A stretch of DNA of 64,000 nucleotides from Bdellovibrionota bacterium (lineage in GTDB: Bacteria > Bdellovibrionota_G > JALEGL01 > DATDPG01): positions 1,888,001-1,952,000 of the forward strand of contig OY764265.1 of NCBI GenBank assembly GCA_963668355.1, in the 5' to 3' direction. Shown in pieces: positions 29,456 to 40,459 of this stretch. A program made the translations under genes and the position numbers. The notes beneath the pieces were generated by a model. That model made no database searches and was not told where the DNA came from. It worked only from the letters and a program-made list of their open reading frames with translations. Positions within the stretch are counted from its first letter, which is position 1, and each line of letters begins with the position of its first letter.

Positions 29456-30225
29456 CCCAATCCCCATCAATGAAGAACGAAGCCATTTTGGAAACAAAAG
29501 TGCTTTCCATCAAATATGGATCGAATCCTGCGGTGAAGGAAGTGTCGATTCCCATCCAAAAAAATTCTGTTACAGCGATCATTGGACCGAGTGGGTGTGG
29601 AAAAAGTACGTTGCTTCGAGCCTTCAATCGAATGAACGAATTTATTTCCAATGTGCAGACGTCTGGGGATATTTTGTTTCATGGAAAAAACATCAATGAA
29701 AAGGCCGTGGACGTGGTTGATCTAAGAAGAAGGATTGGAATGGTTTTTCAAAAACCCAATCCTTTTCCGAAATCCATTTATCGGAATGTGTCATGGGGCC
29801 CGAGCATCAACGGCTATGGAGGGAATGTTCAAGAACGGGTAGAGACCTCTCTGCGCCAGGCCGCGCTTTGGGAGGAAGTTAAAGATAAGTTGGATCAGGA
29901 CGGGCTTTCCCTCTCGGGAGGGCAACAACAGAGACTTTGTATCGCGCGAACGGTGGCCATGGAGCCGGAAGTCATTTTAATGGACGAACCCTGCTCCGCG
30001 CTAGATCCCATTTCGACGGGACGAATTGAAGATCTTTTGTTGGAGCTAAAGAAGCAATACACAATTGTGATTGTGACTCACAATATGCAGCAGGCGGCGC
30101 GGGTTTCAGATTTTACGGCCTTTATGTATCAGGGTGAAATGGTGGAGTTCGATGCAGCTGAAACGATTTTCACTCGTCCAAAAAACAAACGCACCGAGGA
30201 TTATGTTACGGGGAAATTTGGTTAG
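29449..30225 (+). CDS. pstB: Phosphate ABC transporter ATPase
   Basis: [46 protein letters not shown] start chosen after AAAGGA. Confidence 0.96.
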   Translation: MVTQSPSMKNEAILETKVLSIKYGSNPAVKEVSIPIQKNSVTAIIGPSGCGKSTLLRAFNRMNEFISNVQTSGDILFHGKNINEKAVDVVDLRRRIGMVFQKPNPFPKSIYRNVSWGPSINGYGGNVQERVETSLRQAALWEEVKDKLDQDGLSLSGGQQQRLCIARTVAMEPEVILMDEPCSALDPISTGRIEDLLLELKKQYTIVIVTHNMQQAARVSDFTAFMYQGEMVEFDAAETIFTRPKNKRTEDYVTGKFG

Positions 30226-30234
30226 GAGATCAAT

Positions 30235-30903
30235 ATGTCCAGACATCTGCAACGTGAATTACAAAAACTCATGACCAACCTTCTCGCATTGGCAGAAAAA
30301 GTTGAAAAAGGTGTTTTGTTGGCGATTGAGTCCATTTATGAACAGGATCCCAAGCGAGCCAAGCGCGTGATTGAGGAGGATCAGTTTGTGGATCAAAAAG
30401 AGGTGGAAATTGAGGAAGACTGCCTAAAAATTTTAGCCCTTCATCAGCCGGTCGCTGAGGATCTTCGGGTCATCGCCGCGATCATGAAAATCAACAATGA
30501 TTTGGAACGCATGGGAGATGGCTCTGTGGGGATCGCCAAGCGAGTTTTACATATCACGAAAAAAGACCCCATTCCCGTTCCAAAGGATCTCCGAAAAATG
30601 ACGGACGCGGTCATTGAAATGGTTCAGAAAAGCTTAAACGCTTTCGTAAACAAAGATACAGATGTCGCTCGGTTGATTTGTTCAGCAGATGACGAAGTGG
30701 ATGTGTTGAACCGAAAGATATTGAAAGAATTACGTCAGCAAATGAAAGACTCTCCTGAGCAAATTGATGCGATTCTGGATGTCTTTTCTACGGTCCGTCG
30801 ATTGGAGCGAATTGCGGATTTAGCCACCAATGTTGCTGAAGACGTCATTTATATGGTTGAAGGAGAAATCGTTCGACACTTGAGAGATGACGACATTCAC
30901 TAA
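30235..30903 (+). CDS. phoU: Phosphate signalling protein
   Basis: HQPVAEDLR, DLERMGD, LERIADLATNVAEDVIY. Confidence 0.96.
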   Translation: MSRHLQRELQKLMTNLLALAEKVEKGVLLAIESIYEQDPKRAKRVIEEDQFVDQKEVEIEEDCLKILALHQPVAEDLRVIAAIMKINNDLERMGDGSVGIAKRVLHITKKDPIPVPKDLRKMTDAVIEMVQKSLNAFVNKDTDVARLICSADDEVDVLNRKILKELRQQMKDSPEQIDAILDVFSTVRRLERIADLATNVAEDVIYMVEGEIVRHLRDDDIH

Positions 30904-31020
30904 ATTTCGGCGGATGCTGAAAAATCCTTTGTTTTTCTAAGCCCCAATTCGTTTTCATTCTTCGTTTGATTTCGTTCGGGAAGCGGATAATCTGCGATCC
31001 GACAGGGAGGTCAAATAAAG

Positions 31021-32922
31021 ATGGGGACAGATTATGATGTTGTTTATAGACGTTCAATTGAGAACCGGGATCAATTTTGGGCGGAGGCTGCCGGAGCCAT
31101 TCATTGGGATCACAAGTGGACTCAAGTTTTGGATGAAGGGGAGGCTCCTTTCTACAAATGGTTTCCAGGTGGAAAGTTAAATACCTGTTACAACGCGCTG
31201 GATTACCATGTCGACCGAGGGCGAGGAAAACAAACCGCGCTCATTTATGACAGTCCTGTTACGGACACTGTTCGTAAGTATACATACACGCAGCTAAGAG
31301 ATGAGGTTGCTCAGATTGCTGGAGCTCTTGATCGGCAAGGGGTGAAAAAAGGAGATCGGGTCATCATTTACATGCCGATGATCCCGGAAGCCGTGATGTC
31401 CATGCTGGCCTGCGCTCGAATCGGAGCCATTCACTCTGTGGTGTTTGGAGGTTTTGCCGCGAAGGAGCTAGCTACACGCATTGACGATGCCAAGCCGAAG
31501 ATGATTCTCTCCGCATCCTGTGGAATCGAAACCAAACGCATCATTGCGTATAAACCCCTTTTGGATCAAGCCGTTGAATTGGCAAAGCATAAGGTTGAAA
31601 AATGTGTGATTTTTTCACGGCCCCAAGCTGAGGCGGAAATGAAACCCGGACGGGATCTAGGTTGGAAAGAGTTTCTTGAAGGCGCTCCGAAAGCAGAGTG
31701 CGTTTCCATAGAGGCCACGGACCCTCTCTATATTCTGTATACCTCTGGGACAACTGGTGTCCCCAAGGGAGTGGTACGTGACCATGGAGGTCACGCGGTC
31801 GCCCTTAAGTGGAGCATGAGTAATGTATATGGCGTAGGGCCTGGGGAAGTTTTCTGGGCGGCCTCGGACATTGGTTGGGTCGTAGGCCATTCGTATATTG
31901 TCTATGGTCCGCTCCTTCAAGGGTGCACCACGGTTCTTTATGAAGGAAAGCCCGTGGGGACTCCAGACCCTGGAGCTTTTTGGCGGGTGTGCTCGGAGCA
32001 CCAAGTAAATGTTCTTTTCACGGCGCCCACGGCATTTCGTGCCATCAAGAAAGAAGATCCCCAAGGAAAGTACATCGAATCCTATGACATGAGTCGTTTT
32101 CGAACGCTCTTTCTCGCAGGCGAACGATGTGACCCAGATACCTTGGTTTGGGCTCAAGAAAAACTTCAAGTTCCGGTCATCGATCACTGGTGGCAGACAG
32201 AGACAGGGTGGGCCATTGCCGCTAACTGTGTAGGGCTTGGGATGCTTCCAGTCAAACCGGGTTCTCCGACCAAAGCCGTACCCGGATATGCGGTTCGGGT
32301 CGTTGATGCCAACGGAGAGGATGTGGAGAAAGGAAAGATTGGAAATCTCCTGGTAAAACTTCCTCTCCCTCCAGGTTGTCTTCCAACGCTTTGGCAAAAT
32401 GAAGACGGTTTTCGCAAATCGTATGTGAATATTTATCCAGGACACTATCTCACAGGAGATGCAGGCTATTGTGATGAGGAAGGATACCTTTTCATCATGA
32501 GTCGAATTGATGACATCATCAACGTGGCCGGCCATCGACTTTCCACAGGTGGCATGGAAGAAGTTTTGGCTTCTCATCCAGATGTGGCTGAGTGTGCGGT
32601 TGTGGGGGTTGCGGATGCCTTGAAAGGGGAACTTCCCGTCGGGTTTTTTGTTTTAAAGGAAGGCGTGAATCGAACGGAGAAAGAAATTTCTGACGAGTTG
32701 GTGGCCTCGGTTCGAAAAACGATTGGCCCTGTCGCGGCGTTTAAAACCGCGATCCATGTAAAACGATTGCCGAAGACGCGGTCCGGAAAAATTTTGCGCG
32801 GTACGATGAGAAAGATTGCAGATGGAGTGGAATATTCGGTTCCCGCGACAATTGATGATCCGGCGACGCTCAAAGAAATCGGCGAATCGCTTGTGAGAAT
32901 GGGTTTTCCTAAAACACAGTAG
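31021..32922 (+). CDS. prpE: Propionyl-CoA synthetase (acetate/propionate-CoA ligase family)
   Basis: YTSGTTGVPKG, SDIGWVVGHSY, DHWWQTETG, LPKTRSGKILR. Confidence 0.88.
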   Translation: MGTDYDVVYRRSIENRDQFWAEAAGAIHWDHKWTQVLDEGEAPFYKWFPGGKLNTCYNALDYHVDRGRGKQTALIYDSPVTDTVRKYTYTQLRDEVAQIAGALDRQGVKKGDRVIIYMPMIPEAVMSMLACARIGAIHSVVFGGFAAKELATRIDDAKPKMILSASCGIETKRIIAYKPLLDQAVELAKHKVEKCVIFSRPQAEAEMKPGRDLGWKEFLEGAPKAECVSIEATDPLYILYTSGTTGVPKGVVRDHGGHAVALKWSMSNVYGVGPGEVFWAASDIGWVVGHSYIVYGPLLQGCTTVLYEGKPVGTPDPGAFWRVCSEHQVNVLFTAPTAFRAIKKEDPQGKYIESYDMSRFRTLFLAGERCDPDTLVWAQEKLQVPVIDHWWQTETGWAIAANCVGLGMLPVKPGSPTKAVPGYAVRVVDANGEDVEKGKIGNLLVKLPLPPGCLPTLWQNEDGFRKSYVNIYPGHYLTGDAGYCDEEGYLFIMSRIDDIINVAGHRLSTGGMEEVLASHPDVAECAVVGVADALKGELPVGFFVLKEGVNRTEKEISDELVASVRKTIGPVAAFKTAIHVKRLPKTRSGKILRGTMRKIADGVEYSVPATIDDPATLKEIGESLVRMGFPKTQ

Positions 32923-32927
32923 AAGGC

Positions 32928-34715
32928 TTGATCCCCATTCTTCGCTTTCGTGAACATTCAGCTTTTTTATATGTTGTCTTAGGCCTCTTGGTCTTCGGGG
33001 TTTTTGTACCCTGCTTAACCTATGGTTATGTTTGGGATGATACGCATATTCTTCCAGGGTTGAGAAGAGCTTGGGAAACGGGGACATGGTTTCAGATTTT
33101 CTGGAAACCTTTTTGGGAGGTCTTTGGTCGCCCCGGAATTGGCTACTTTCGTCCCATTTCTATGCTCTTCTTGACTCCAGACGCACTTTTCTTTTCGCAG
33201 CCCTGGCTTTCTCATTTGACGAACCTTCTTCTCCATACGCTCAACGTTCTTTTAGCGTTTCACGTAGGAGTGAAACTAATGCATTCTAGGGCAGTAGGAT
33301 GGGTGGCTGCATTGGTTTGGGGCGTGCATCCAGTTGTCTCAGAGAGTGTTTGCTTCGTGTCCGCGAGAGAGAATCTTCTCGTGGCAACGTTTCTTTTTCT
33401 GGCGTTAATTTTCTGGGTCCGCTTCCTTGAACGTCGAAATCGGTTTCACTTAATTTTTTCTCTTGGTTTCATGTTTTTGATGATCGGAACCAAAGAGGTA
33501 GCCTTGCCTTTGGTTTTGATGGCGCCATTGGTGATGTATTTGAAATCTTCTGAGCAGGAGCCGATTAAGGGACGATATGTACTTCCCTTTCTTTTGCTCA
33601 TGATCGCTTATTTTTTGTTTTACCTATGGGTTGCTGGCTTTTCAAACAGTGGGCAGGTTGCGTGGGTTCCTGAGTTGAATCAAATATTGGGATTTGGGTG
33701 GTTGGCGGTTCAACATGTTTTCTTTCCGATTTCATTGGCGGCTGCCTACCCTCCCGCTAACTTGATATTTCAAAACTCGATTTGGATCTGTGGAGTGGTC
33801 CTTTTTTGCGGAGTTGTTTTCGGTTCGGTCTGGCTCTTTTCGCTTTTAAAAAGACATATCGGTTCCGCTCCCTTATCCCTTGTAGTTTTACCTTTGATTC
33901 CTACGTTCATCCTGTCTGCCCAATTGAGAAGTTTTGCGGATCGCTACCTTTATGTTTCGGCTTTTGGTGTGACTTTGTTGTTGAGTATGGTTCTGACTCG
34001 GAGAGTTAGACGTTTTTTTGGATCTGGAGGAGGCGTCTTCGTTCTTCTTGGGATGGTTCTTTTCCTTTCCGTTTTGACCCAAGGGCAGGTCCGGATTTGG
34101 GCGGATGAAACCAAGCTTTTTGGAAATATGCTTCAGTCCGATCCCGATTCCGGAGTGGCTCGGCTGGGGAAGGCAGCCATCGAGGCTCGAGAAGGACATC
34201 TTGTGAAAGCAGAGAAGCACATGAGGGTCGCTTTGAAATCTCCAGCCCATAAGGCGGCTGCCTCCATCATGTTGGCAAAGTTGTTCGCCCAACAAGGGGA
34301 AGAACACAAGGCTCTAAACTGGCTGAGAAAAGCTGATCAGTTACAGGCTGATCGAAAAGCCTATTGTGAAACGGCGAGCAAAATTGCCATTCAATTTGGA
34401 AGAAAAAGTCTCTTTGAATCGGCCATGAAAGAATTAAAAAAACATGACCCCAACAGCCCTGTTTTTTTGTGGATTCGAAGTCGTGTGTTGCTCCAGCAGA
34501 AAAAATATTTGGAAGCGGATCAAACTTTACGAAAGGGCCTTTCCATTTGGCCGAATGATTTGAACCTCTTGCAAGTGTTTGTGTTATCGAAAGAAGAACA
34601 AGAACAATATTCGCTGGGTCTTCTCAGCCTTCAGAGGCTTCATCAGCTTTCCCCCTCGCCTTGGACATCCCAAAAACTATCCGCGTTTTCTTTTAAAATT
34701 TCCCAACGGAATTAA
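32928..34715 (+). CDS. TMTC-like GT-C glycosyltransferase with TPR repeats
   Basis: WDD, YFRP, HP..SESV..VSAR, TKE, ADRYLY, W.D..L, followed by helical TPR-like repeats. Confidence 0.8.
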   Translation: MIPILRFREHSAFLYVVLGLLVFGVFVPCLTYGYVWDDTHILPGLRRAWETGTWFQIFWKPFWEVFGRPGIGYFRPISMLFLTPDALFFSQPWLSHLTNLLLHTLNVLLAFHVGVKLMHSRAVGWVAALVWGVHPVVSESVCFVSARENLLVATFLFLALIFWVRFLERRNRFHLIFSLGFMFLMIGTKEVALPLVLMAPLVMYLKSSEQEPIKGRYVLPFLLLMIAYFLFYLWVAGFSNSGQVAWVPELNQILGFGWLAVQHVFFPISLAAAYPPANLIFQNSIWICGVVLFCGVVFGSVWLFSLLKRHIGSAPLSLVVLPLIPTFILSAQLRSFADRYLYVSAFGVTLLLSMVLTRRVRRFFGSGGGVFVLLGMVLFLSVLTQGQVRIWADETKLFGNMLQSDPDSGVARLGKAAIEAREGHLVKAEKHMRVALKSPAHKAAASIMLAKLFAQQGEEHKALNWLRKADQLQADRKAYCETASKIAIQFGRKSLFESAMKELKKHDPNSPVFLWIRSRVLLQQKKYLEADQTLRKGLSIWPNDLNLLQVFVLSKEEQEQYSLGLLSLQRLHQLSPSPWTSQKLSAFSFKISQRN

Positions 34716-34767
34716 ATATTCAGAGCGAGTTTTTTCACGCGCATAAAATGCAGAAAGTATTGGGTGG

Positions 34768-34803
34768 AAAAAAGCGAAGGCCACTTAAGAAGTGACCCTC
34801 GCT
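34768..34803 (-). terminator. Probable rho-independent terminator
   Basis: Minus strand AGCGAGGGTCACTT-ctt-AAGTGGCCTTCGCT followed by a T-run. Confidence 0.6.
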
Positions 34804-34818
34804 CTAGATTCATTCTGG

Positions 34819-35481
34819 CTAGAAACTATAGCTATAATTCACGGTTGAACCGCAAATGGAACCGCTGTAATTCGTTGTCCCTGTAAAGTTCGGGCTGGTT
34901 CCAGAAATGGAAATGGTTGACATCGTATTGATGGCACAGCTGCTTACGTCGACGTCGCCACCCGTTACAGAAATATTTCCATCGCTATTGGTGGTGTAGT
35001 CAATGTCCAAGGTTTGCCCACTGTTGGAGCTTACAAAGGTTCCCGTGCCGGTTGTGTCAATGGATCCGCCTACGGTGTATGTGTTGCTATCATCAGCCGA
35101 ACTTGCACATTCGTCGAAGGTGACCGTGTAGTCGAAGGTCACGTCAATATTGTAATTGCCCGAAGAACCACCTTCCGTATTGACATCGGTGGATCCGCTG
35201 ACCGTTGCCGTGCCGTCTGCTGAGCAGTTCACCGTGTATGTTGCTTGGGCTTGGGATCGAGGAGAGACATCCTTTGCGTCGATGGATACGGGTTGGCGGT
35301 AGAAGGCGGGGACGCCCGCTTGAACCAATGCTGAGCGCACTGTGTCGTTGATGGTTGTCGCGACGGCATTGCTTTGGGTTTCGTTAAGGGCCCCACTGGC
35401 CGTGCCCCCATTGTCATCGCCGCAGGCCCCCAAGCCCATGGCCAATACCAACAATCCAGAGATTCCAACAAAATTTCTCAT
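34819..35481 (-). CDS. Ser/Thr/Gly-rich beta-strand lipoprotein of unknown function
   Basis: Lipobox LGAC, four further Cys, very rich in T/S/G/D. Start MRNFVG follows AAGGAAG. Confidence 0.8.
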   Translation of the reverse strand: MRNFVGISGLLVLAMGLGACGDDNGGTASGALNETQSNAVATTINDTVRSALVQAGVPAFYRQPVSIDAKDVSPRSQAQATYTVNCSADGTATVSGSTDVNTEGGSSGNYNIDVTFDYTVTFDECASSADDSNTYTVGGSIDTTGTGTFVSSNSGQTLDIDYTTNSDGNISVTGGDVDVSSCAINTMSTISISGTSPNFTGTTNYSGSICGSTVNYSYSF

Positions 35482-35755
35482 CACTTCATCTTCCTTAATC
35501 AAATGGTTAAAAAACGGAGCCAAAACCTAACAGTTCCGAATGAAATGGGCAAAAAAGACTGTTCTATATCATGAAAAACAGAAGTCTTTAGAGATGTGGC
35601 GCTTATAGTTGTCCATGAGCTTTTGAAGGGTTGTCCCAAGAGATCCTGAACATTTTTCATGTGGAATGAGTCGTTTTTGAGCAGAGACGCTTGGAGGTTC
35701 GCCTTTTAAGTCTTTGAAAATGCTCAGAAAAAATTCAAATCTACGATGTCGACCT

Positions 35756-35771
35756 CGGCCTAGACTTTGCA
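35756..35771 (+). promoter_or_regulatory. Putative sigma54 -24/-12 promoter
   Basis: CGGCCT-AGACT-TTGCA (GG-N10-GC) upstream of a lipoprotein gene. Confidence 0.55.
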
Positions 35772-35814
35772 AAAAGGGACTCCATTGGAATGAGAAATGC
35801 TTGAAGGGGAGTTT

Positions 35815-36453
35815 ATGCGGAAATCACATCAGATCGTTTTTGTTTTGGCTCTATTCATGAGTGCGTGTGGAACGCAGGGTTCTGAGGAGTTGAGGAAAAC
35901 AGATTTATCTAGTTCTGTGGATTCATCGATGTCTTTTGAGACGAATTTGACATTGCGCGGGGAGGAAGAAGATTCCTTAAATCTTAGAGAAGAACTGCAA
36001 GTGTCAGAAATGGAAATGAGGGATACGGAGAATCCTTTTAGACGGACTGGAGATGAAATTGTTCCTTGTGAAGGTCTGGATCTTTCTCAACGGATTGAGG
36101 CAAAAGCCTGTTTTCGAGAACTCATAAAGTTGGGGACGTTCGACGAATTGAGTGGGGGGCCGGAAGAGATTGTGGCCTCTGCCATTTCTACTCTTGAAGC
36201 CTTCGGGGCCCCTGCCATGGTTGCAGAAGTGGTCGTTGCAAACAATCTTTCCTGGCTCATTACGGAAGTCGATGGAGAAGCGATTGAAGAACAAGATATT
36301 TACGTTTGGCGGGATGACAATGGTTGTCTCTATGTTGATATGTCGAGCTTCAGTTTTCGATTTTGTCGTTACGAATTGTGTTCGTTGGATGTTTCACACT
36401 ATGGGCCGGATGGGGTCGTGAATTGGACAGGATCTCTTTCCTGGGATTGCTAG
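35815..36453 (+). CDS. Acidic lipoprotein of unknown function
   Basis: Lipobox MSAC, RBS AAGGGGAG, six further Cys. Confidence 0.75.
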   Translation: MRKSHQIVFVLALFMSACGTQGSEELRKTDLSSSVDSSMSFETNLTLRGEEEDSLNLREELQVSEMEMRDTENPFRRTGDEIVPCEGLDLSQRIEAKACFRELIKLGTFDELSGGPEEIVASAISTLEAFGAPAMVAEVVVANNLSWLITEVDGEAIEEQDIYVWRDDNGCLYVDMSSFSFRFCRYELCSLDVSHYGPDGVVNWTGSLSWDC

Positions 36454-36461
36454 TCTGGATT

Positions 36462-36929
36462 CTATGCTGGGGGAGGGCCGAGTACTCTCCCGCATGAAAT
36501 CTCGGAGGGGCTTCCTTGGCCCCATTTGCGATGAACGCCCGCTACTGAAAAGTACCAACGTCCGTCCGCAAGGCCAAAAACCCAAAGTTCTGGCAAAGAA
36601 TTAGGCGTAAAATAACTGTGATCACCTTCATCCTGTGCCATGATTTGAAGAGCTTCTTTGCGATTTGGCGCATGCACAGCATAGAGTCGGTAATAATGTG
36701 GAGAGCTTCCTGTTGTTGCAGGTTTCCAAGTTAGGTGAAGATATGAGGGAATGATTTTCGGACATTCGTCGTTTGGATCTTCGCTCATTAAAATCAATCC
36801 GTTTAGGGCCATGGCCGACGGCGGTGAGATGAGTCCAATTCCGGTTGTCACCACAGCCACAAAAACGATTAAAAACGTAAAACGCACCATATAGGTCATC
36901 TTGATAGCCATTGGGTCGCGATAGAACAA
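36462..36929 (-). CDS. Exported protein with a fibronectin type III-like domain
   Basis: Hydrophobic N-terminus, then LTW...YYRLY...GLADGRWYFSVAG...G.GSPS pattern. Confidence 0.6.
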   Translation of the reverse strand: MFYRDPMAIKMTYMVRFTFLIVFVAVVTTGIGLISPPSAMALNGLILMSEDPNDECPKIIPSYLHLTWKPATTGSSPHYYRLYAVHAPNRKEALQIMAQDEGDHSYFTPNSLPELWVFGLADGRWYFSVAGVHRKWGQGSPSEISCGRVLGPPPA

Positions 36930-37022
36930 GTGGAAAATATTCTATAATTTTCTTTGGAATATTTTCTTACTCCGCAAAAAAGTGTTGGCTCTGGGAGATT
37001 TAAAAAAAGAAAACTAAAGTGA

Positions 37023-37065
37023 AAACAACTGCTTAGGCGGAGGCGAGGGTGGCATGGGGCGTGCA
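37023..37065 (+). promoter_or_regulatory. Putative sigma54 promoter with upstream IHF-like site
   Basis: AAACAA-CTGC-TTAG at 37023-37036 and TGGCAT-GGGGC-GTGCA at 37050-37065. Confidence 0.65.
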
Positions 37066-37088
37066 TTTTTCTTTTTGGGGGGCTTTCG

Positions 37089-38846
37089 ATGAGACAGAGT
37101 TTCGATATGTGGCATTTGGGAAAATTGGTTCTAGTCTGGACATTCATTTTTCTATTGGGATGTGCCTCTCAATCTGGGATTGAAGCAGGGGACGGTTCGA
37201 ACCTCAATGAGGATGAAGAGCAGTTTGTTGAATTCGTTCCGCCTGATGGTGTAGCCCTTTGCGAGCTTCCAGAGATTCCTATGGAAGCCGATAATCAAGG
37301 AGCCATTTTAATCGACTCCTGTACGACTTTGGATCAGGAAGGCGCAACGTACCTACTCAATCAAGACCTACAAACCGAGGGCAGTTGTCTGAGAATTTCT
37401 GCCGACAACATTACCTTGGATTTAGGGGGACATCGCATTCTGTATGGAACGGCCTTAACGACGGACTACCTCGATGGAACCTACGGAGAGGATTTTGCTT
37501 GTTCGGTTGCTGGTGTGAGTGGAACCGCTGTGGCAAACCTGGAAATTCGCAACGGAACCATTGAACAGGGAGATGCGGAAAATCCCAAAGGCCATCCGCT
37601 CCACTTTCGAGGGCTTCATGGCGCTCGGATTCACAACCTACGTGTGATTGGGAAGAGCACCGATACCTGCACGTTTCATTTTATGTATTCCGATGACTTG
37701 GAGATTTTTGAAAATCATCTTTCGAGCTATGTTACCGAGGTCACGGATCGTCATTATCCTGGACAGTCAGTGATTCGATTGGCAAGTGGGGAAACCTCCA
37801 ATGAAGTGCATGACAATGTGATTGATTCGGGACCCCATTGGGGAATCATGTTGTCTAAAGAGCCGGCAGAGGATTTGATCTACCAGAACTGTTTCTCGGG
37901 GATGCGTAGCCGATTCGCCAATGGCTATGCCATTGGTGCTCATACAGATGGAGCCCAGATTTATGACAACTACATCAATACCGAAAGTCGTGGAATTCAT
38001 GTCACGGCTGAAGGTGTAACGGTACGAAACAATTATGTGGAAGTGTGGGAGCGACCCAACGAAGAGTACACCGACTATTTTACCCATGGGATTAAAATGG
38101 AGGGAGCCACCCATTCCCGAGTTTTTCAAAATGAAGTGATTTCTAAATCGGATTCGGAACACGGTGGAGCTTATGCACTAGATTTAACTTTGAGAACCGA
38201 TAGTGCGAACGAGATTTTTCAAAACATCTTTGAGGCAAGAAGTTTGGATGAATCGCATGATGCCTCCGCAATAAATTTGATTGCCGTGGAGGAGGGAAAT
38301 GATTCGGAAATTCACCACAACACGTTCAAGGGGGACCACTACATTTACCGAATTTCCTGGAACGGAGCGAATGATCTGTTGATTCGCGATTCCATTTTCG
38401 AAAAAACGGGCAGCCGAAGTGATTTTCGCACGCTTACAGTTGCTCCAGGAAGCGATTACCCTTCTCATGGAAATGCTTTGTGGAATATCGAAACCGTCAA
38501 CGGCGCAGACTTGGCCGATATTTGGAAATGGCACAATTCGGCATTTGATTTATCCATTGGATGGAGTCTGGATACGATCGTCCAAAATGCTTCGGGGGAC
38601 TTCGTTGAAGGAGCTGGTGTGAAGGTCGACGATGGTCAAAATATTCGAGAGGGAGAGACGAACGCCGATGGACAATTTTCCACAACGGTCACGGAAGTGA
38701 AATTGTACGGAGATGCAACGGATGGCAATGATGTTCAAGAAGAGCGTCAGGACATTTCCATCCAAGCGTCCCGCAATGGAGAAGGATTCGCCGAAACTGA
38801 AATTTCGGTAGACGAACCCACTGAAGTTACGCTTACGTTGGAATAA
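37089..38846 (+). CDS. Right-handed parallel beta-helix (pectin-lyase-like) lipoprotein with a C-terminal carboxypeptidase-regulatory-like domain
   Basis: Lipobox LLGC, ADNITLDLGGH, repeated I..N.I turns, GAGVKV..GETNADG.F. Confidence 0.75.
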   Translation: MRQSFDMWHLGKLVLVWTFIFLLGCASQSGIEAGDGSNLNEDEEQFVEFVPPDGVALCELPEIPMEADNQGAILIDSCTTLDQEGATYLLNQDLQTEGSCLRISADNITLDLGGHRILYGTALTTDYLDGTYGEDFACSVAGVSGTAVANLEIRNGTIEQGDAENPKGHPLHFRGLHGARIHNLRVIGKSTDTCTFHFMYSDDLEIFENHLSSYVTEVTDRHYPGQSVIRLASGETSNEVHDNVIDSGPHWGIMLSKEPAEDLIYQNCFSGMRSRFANGYAIGAHTDGAQIYDNYINTESRGIHVTAEGVTVRNNYVEVWERPNEEYTDYFTHGIKMEGATHSRVFQNEVISKSDSEHGGAYALDLTLRTDSANEIFQNIFEARSLDESHDASAINLIAVEEGNDSEIHHNTFKGDHYIYRISWNGANDLLIRDSIFEKTGSRSDFRTLTVAPGSDYPSHGNALWNIETVNGADLADIWKWHNSAFDLSIGWSLDTIVQNASGDFVEGAGVKVDDGQNIREGETNADGQFSTTVTEVKLYGDATDGNDVQEERQDISIQASRNGEGFAETEISVDEPTEVTLTLE

Positions 38847-38866
38847 AGAGCTGGGCGCCCCGACGC

Positions 38867-39112
38867 TTATTTTTCTGAAGCCTCACTCAACCAAGAGACG
38901 ATCTGAGCGACTTCAGGGATTTTTCCAGAAGCTTTGACTTCTCCCTCAATGATCAAAGCGGGAGTCATGGGGACGCCCAGTTTCATGATTTCTTGAATGT
39001 CTTGTACCTTTTCCATCTCTGCGGATACTCCAGCTTGTGCGATGGCTTTCTCAGTCTCTGCATACAATTTTTGGCATTTGGCGCATCCGGTTCCCAAAAT
39101 TTGAATTTTCAT
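38867..39112 (-). CDS. Small redox-active disulfide protein (MTH895/thioredoxin-like)
   Basis: MKIQILGTGCAKC, GVPMTPALIIEGEVK. Confidence 0.9.
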   Translation of the reverse strand: MKIQILGTGCAKCQKLYAETEKAIAQAGVSAEMEKVQDIQEIMKLGVPMTPALIIEGEVKASGKIPEVAQIVSWLSEASEK

Positions 39113-39130
39113 ATTTGCTCCTTTTCCAAT

Positions 39131-40441
<1,311 letters not shown>

Positions 40442-40459
40442 CGAATCGCCCCCGAAATC

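Noticed and set aside
31657..32577. 306-aa minus-strand ORF
   Set aside because: Lies wholly antisense to the well-supported prpE.
38867..39112. Selenoprotein version of the redox protein
   Set aside because: The CAKC motif is encoded by Cys codons, with no in-frame TGA.
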